A stretch of DNA of 64,000 nucleotides from an uncultured Pelagibacteraceae bacterium (GTDB lineage: Bacteria > Pseudomonadota > Alphaproteobacteria > Pelagibacterales > Pelagibacteraceae): NCBI GenBank assembly GCA_902572695.1, contig CACGGZ010000002.1:1914-65913 (forward strand), given 5' to 3'. Positions 61,071 to 64,000 of this stretch are shown one piece after another (within the stretch, counting starts at the first letter, position 1; each line of letters opens with the position of its first letter). A program made the position numbers and the translations under genes. Below the pieces are notes generated by a model. That model was not told the origin of the DNA. It saw nothing but the letters and a program-made list of their open reading frames with translations, and did no database searches.

Positions 61071-61855
61071 GCCTCTATTAATTGAAAAAATTGATGATTG
61101 TTTATATCCGAAGGCCTATTGTTTGGCGATATTTTAATACTTTTATAAATTTTCTCTGGATTATTAAATAATTTATTCATAGATTTATTTATCATCTTAC
61201 GTCTTTTAGAAAAAAATATATTACTAATTTTTTCAATATTTTTAATTTCTTTAATTTCAAACTTATTATTTTTTTTGGGTTTGAAATGTATTACCATCGA
61301 GTCTACTTTTGGTTTAGGAAAAAAACAATTTTTAGAAACAATAAATTTATTAAGCACATCTAATCTAAAATTACTTAAAAGTGATAATCTCCCATAATTT
61401 TTTGTTTTAAATTTAGCAATAATTTTTTCCCCAACTTCTTTTTGAAACATTAAAATCAAAGATTTATATTTAGGAGGCCAACTAATTTTTGTTATTAGGT
61501 TTGTAAAGATTTTGGTTGAAATATTATACGGTAAATTACCAAAAATTATTGAATTTTCACTTAAATAATCATCAAAACGAAATTTTAAAACGTCACCTTT
61601 GAGTATTTTTACATTTTTTTTATTATAAAATTTTTCAGATAAAGTATGATAAAGATATTTATCTTTTTCGATAACAGTAATACTTTTTGGATTTTCCATT
61701 AATATAAATTTTGTTAAAGCTCCTTCACCTCCACCAATTTCTAATATATTACTTTCTTCTACTTTTGTTGTAGTAACAATTTTTTTTAATACATTATTAT
61801 CAACAAGGAAATTTTGACCCAAAGATTTTTTAGGTTTTAATACACTAATTTTCAT
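61049..61855 (-). CDS. rsmA: 16S rRNA dimethyladenosine transferase
   Basis: KSLGQNFL, LEIGGGEG.LT, IEKD, NLPYNI, MFQKEV, FFPKPKVDS. Confidence 0.95.
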   Translation of the reverse strand: MKISVLKPKKSLGQNFLVDNNVLKKIVTTTKVEESNILEIGGGEGALTKFILMENPKSITVIEKDKYLYHTLSEKFYNKKNVKILKGDVLKFRFDDYLSENSIIFGNLPYNISTKIFTNLITKISWPPKYKSLILMFQKEVGEKIIAKFKTKNYGRLSLLSNFRLDVLNKFIVSKNCFFPKPKVDSMVIHFKPKKNNKFEIKEIKNIEKISNIFFSKRRKMINKSMNKLFNNPEKIYKSIKISPNNRPSDINNHQFFQLIEAYEKEGN

Positions 61856-62811
61856 ATCTTTGAATTTAAAAAAAATATTGCATTCAATAAGCTTTTGTAA
61901 TTCGACAAATTCTTCTTTATTAGATTTTTTGCAGTGCCATGATCAGGTGAGACTCTAATATATTTTAATCCCAAAGTTATATTTATTGCATTAAAACCAG
62001 AAATAATTTTTAATGGTGTCAAAACTTGGTCGTGGTACATGCCCACAATTACATCAAATTTTTTATACATTTTATTTAAAAACATTTGATCTGAAGAAAA
62101 CGGCCCATAAATTTTAACCTTTTTCTTAATTAAACTATTTACACAAGGTTTGATAATTTTAGTTTCTTCTGAGGAATTCCTAAATTCGCTATTATGCGGA
62201 TTCAATCCAAGCACAGCTATTTTTGGTTTGTTTCTAAAAAGTTTTTTATAATCAGCACTTAATGAAAAAATCTTTTTCATTAAGAGTTGTTTGTTTACTT
62301 TTTTCAAAGCATTTTTTAGGTTTTGATGTGTAGTAATTGGAACAACTGAAAATTCTTTTCCATAAATAAGCATATTTTGAGTATTATTTAATTTATTTTT
62401 TTTTGCCAAGAACTCTGTGACTCCATCATAGTTTTTGAAAATATTTTTATCAATTGAACAGTTTATAAAACCAATAAGCTTTTTTTCTATGCACAAATTA
62501 TGAGCTAAATTTAAACATTTGCTAATATATTTTGATTTTTTTTTTATATTTATTTTAAATGGTTTTTTATAATTTAAATTTATATTAAAAATGTTAATTT
62601 TTTTACTATCAAATTTATCGCTAATACTATTTATTTTATTAGTTTTAATTTTTATTCCAATACCATTAAATTGATCATTTATAAGATTAAAATTTCCAAT
62701 TACAAAAATTTTTTTTTTCAAATTATTACTTAGTTTTTTCCAAGATTTTGCGATTATCTCAGTATTAATACTTTCAGGCTCTCCAGCAACTATACATATT
62801 TTTTTTTTCAT
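61852..62811 (-). CDS. pdxA: 4-hydroxythreonine-4-phosphate dehydrogenase
   Basis: GEP.SI, TTH, GLNPH, GMYHDQ, NITLGL..RVSPDHGTA. Confidence 0.92.
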   Translation of the reverse strand: MKKKICIVAGEPESINTEIIAKSWKKLSNNLKKKIFVIGNFNLINDQFNGIGIKIKTNKINSISDKFDSKKINIFNINLNYKKPFKINIKKKSKYISKCLNLAHNLCIEKKLIGFINCSIDKNIFKNYDGVTEFLAKKNKLNNTQNMLIYGKEFSVVPITTHQNLKNALKKVNKQLLMKKIFSLSADYKKLFRNKPKIAVLGLNPHNSEFRNSSEETKIIKPCVNSLIKKKVKIYGPFSSDQMFLNKMYKKFDVIVGMYHDQVLTPLKIISGFNAINITLGLKYIRVSPDHGTAKNLIKKNLSNYKSLLNAIFFLNSKI

Positions 62812-63734
62812 AGTTTTCTGATCAAACTTGTGCTTTTTAGTTTATTAAAATGCGATCTAGAAAAAAATTCAAGTTTTTGATTTTTTAAATCTGATATTAC
62901 TTTCTCTTTTAATTTTGCTCTATCTATATTTTTGTTATCAATTAATTGCATATCATCTAATCTAAAAATTGTTACTGAGTCAGACCTTCTAATAGGATTT
63001 GAAATATCGCCCACGTTCATTTTGCTAATTTCAATTAGAATTTGAGGCGACATTTGTTTTTCATTGACCCATCCTAGAGAACCATTTTGCACTGCCGAGG
63101 GAGATATGCTAAATTTTTTTACAGCTGACAAAAAACCATTTTGTTTTAGCTCTCTATAAGCTGACTCGAGTATGATATCAGTGTCTGCACTAAGACCAAC
63201 TTCAATTTCTGATAATTTATATTTTCTTATTTTTGAGTAGTTTTTTATTTGATTAGTTACTTCATTTTCTATTTCAAATTTATTGAGATTTAGTTCATTT
63301 TTATACAAATTGTAAATAAGGGAATTCCATTTAAATTCAATTTTCAAGTCATTCAAAATCTTTTCAAAACTTAAGCTATTTTTTTTTAATAAACTTTTAA
63401 ATTCATCCTGTGATAAATTTCTACTGGCGTACAAATTATTTAAATAAGAAATGAAACTTTCTTGATCGTAATCTTTTACCTCATATTTATCTATCTCATT
63501 TTGCTTTATAACTTTTCTTATTAAAGATTGGTAAGCTAATTTTTGATTGTTAATTATATTTTCTTTGTTGAACTCTTGATTACGCAAAATTAAAATTGCC
63601 TTAATTTCATTATTTAAGTCGATTTTAGTTATTATATCATTATTTACCTTTAAAATAATTGAATTATTTATTTCACTTAAAACTGAGTAAAAGTTAAAAA
63701 AAAATAAAAAAGTTATTATAAATATTTTTTTCAT
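62808..63734 (-). CDS. surA: SurA-like periplasmic chaperone/PPIase
   Basis: Signal peptide, KVNNDIIT..DL, parvulin-like FS.SPSA.NG.LGW; lptD-surA-pdxA-rsmA order. Confidence 0.8.
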   Translation of the reverse strand: MKKIFIITFLFFFNFYSVLSEINNSIILKVNNDIITKIDLNNEIKAILILRNQEFNKENIINNQKLAYQSLIRKVIKQNEIDKYEVKDYDQESFISYLNNLYASRNLSQDEFKSLLKKNSLSFEKILNDLKIEFKWNSLIYNLYKNELNLNKFEIENEVTNQIKNYSKIRKYKLSEIEVGLSADTDIILESAYRELKQNGFLSAVKKFSISPSAVQNGSLGWVNEKQMSPQILIEISKMNVGDISNPIRRSDSVTIFRLDDMQLIDNKNIDRAKLKEKVISDLKNQKLEFFSRSHFNKLKSTSLIRKL

Positions 63735-64000
63735 TTTTTGAATTTCATAGACTCTATTTGTCCAAAAGGCATAATTGAAATAGTAAACATTAATGAATTA
63801 TCTGGCTCTATATCATTATCAGTATAAAACTCTCTTCTGAAAACAAGTCCAGCTTTAAGACAATCATTAATATACTGATAGCTTAACTTATAGTACTCTG
63901 CTGAATTTAATAAAAGATTTCGTTTTGTGGATAAAGTTAATTGTCCGCTTCCTATAGGCACTTCTAAACCAGAGGAGATATATTCTTCATTTCCGATATG
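63731..64000 (-). CDS. lptD: LPS assembly protein LptD, C-terminal fragment (truncated by window end)
   Basis: Frame open from 64000 (HIGNEEY...); Y.Y.NDCL...FRREFY.D.DIEP....F.I...PFG tail; upstream of surA. Confidence 0.75.
   Translation of the reverse strand, partial: HIGNEEYISSGLEVPIGSGQLTLSTKRNLLLNSAEYYKLSYQYINDCLKAGLVFRREFYTDNDIEPDNSLMFTISIMPFGQIESMKFKK

Overview
AT-rich (roughly 30% GC by eye), extremely gene-dense bacterial chromosome segment with tiny or overlapping intergenic spaces. Gene content and order point to a streamlined marine alphaproteobacterium, most likely Pelagibacterales (SAR11): proteorhodopsin flanked by prpE and ferredoxin/FNR/GST/dksA, plus glyQS-ppdK, psd-pssA-rlmE-guaB and fabD-fabG-acpP. 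The window is mostly core housekeeping genes (purine, isoprenoid, NAD, B6, fatty-acid and phospholipid synthesis, tRNA synthetases, recA, dnaB, ribosomal proteins). It also holds two tRNAs (Arg-UCG, Leu-GAG), a blue-tuned DTE proteorhodopsin and several small cassettes: GT17/FkbM/putative 2OG-Fe(II) oxygenase/ABC exporter beside tRNA-Arg, a GT-C plus GT2 pair, GFA-glycerate kinase-TolC, aldehyde dehydrogenase-DUF779 between recA and alaS, and an MMPL/RND transporter. I saw no integrase, transposase, prophage, CRISPR array or rRNA. The most interesting non-coding signals are a structured, possibly switchable 5' leader on the proteorhodopsin gene, an apparent GAWTC-depleted/GASTC-enriched bias in CcrM-type sites, a phased GANTC/direct-repeat cluster, a LexA box at recA and a DnaA box at dnaB. 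No clearly new multi-gene system could be proven from sequence alone; the findings are hypotheses.
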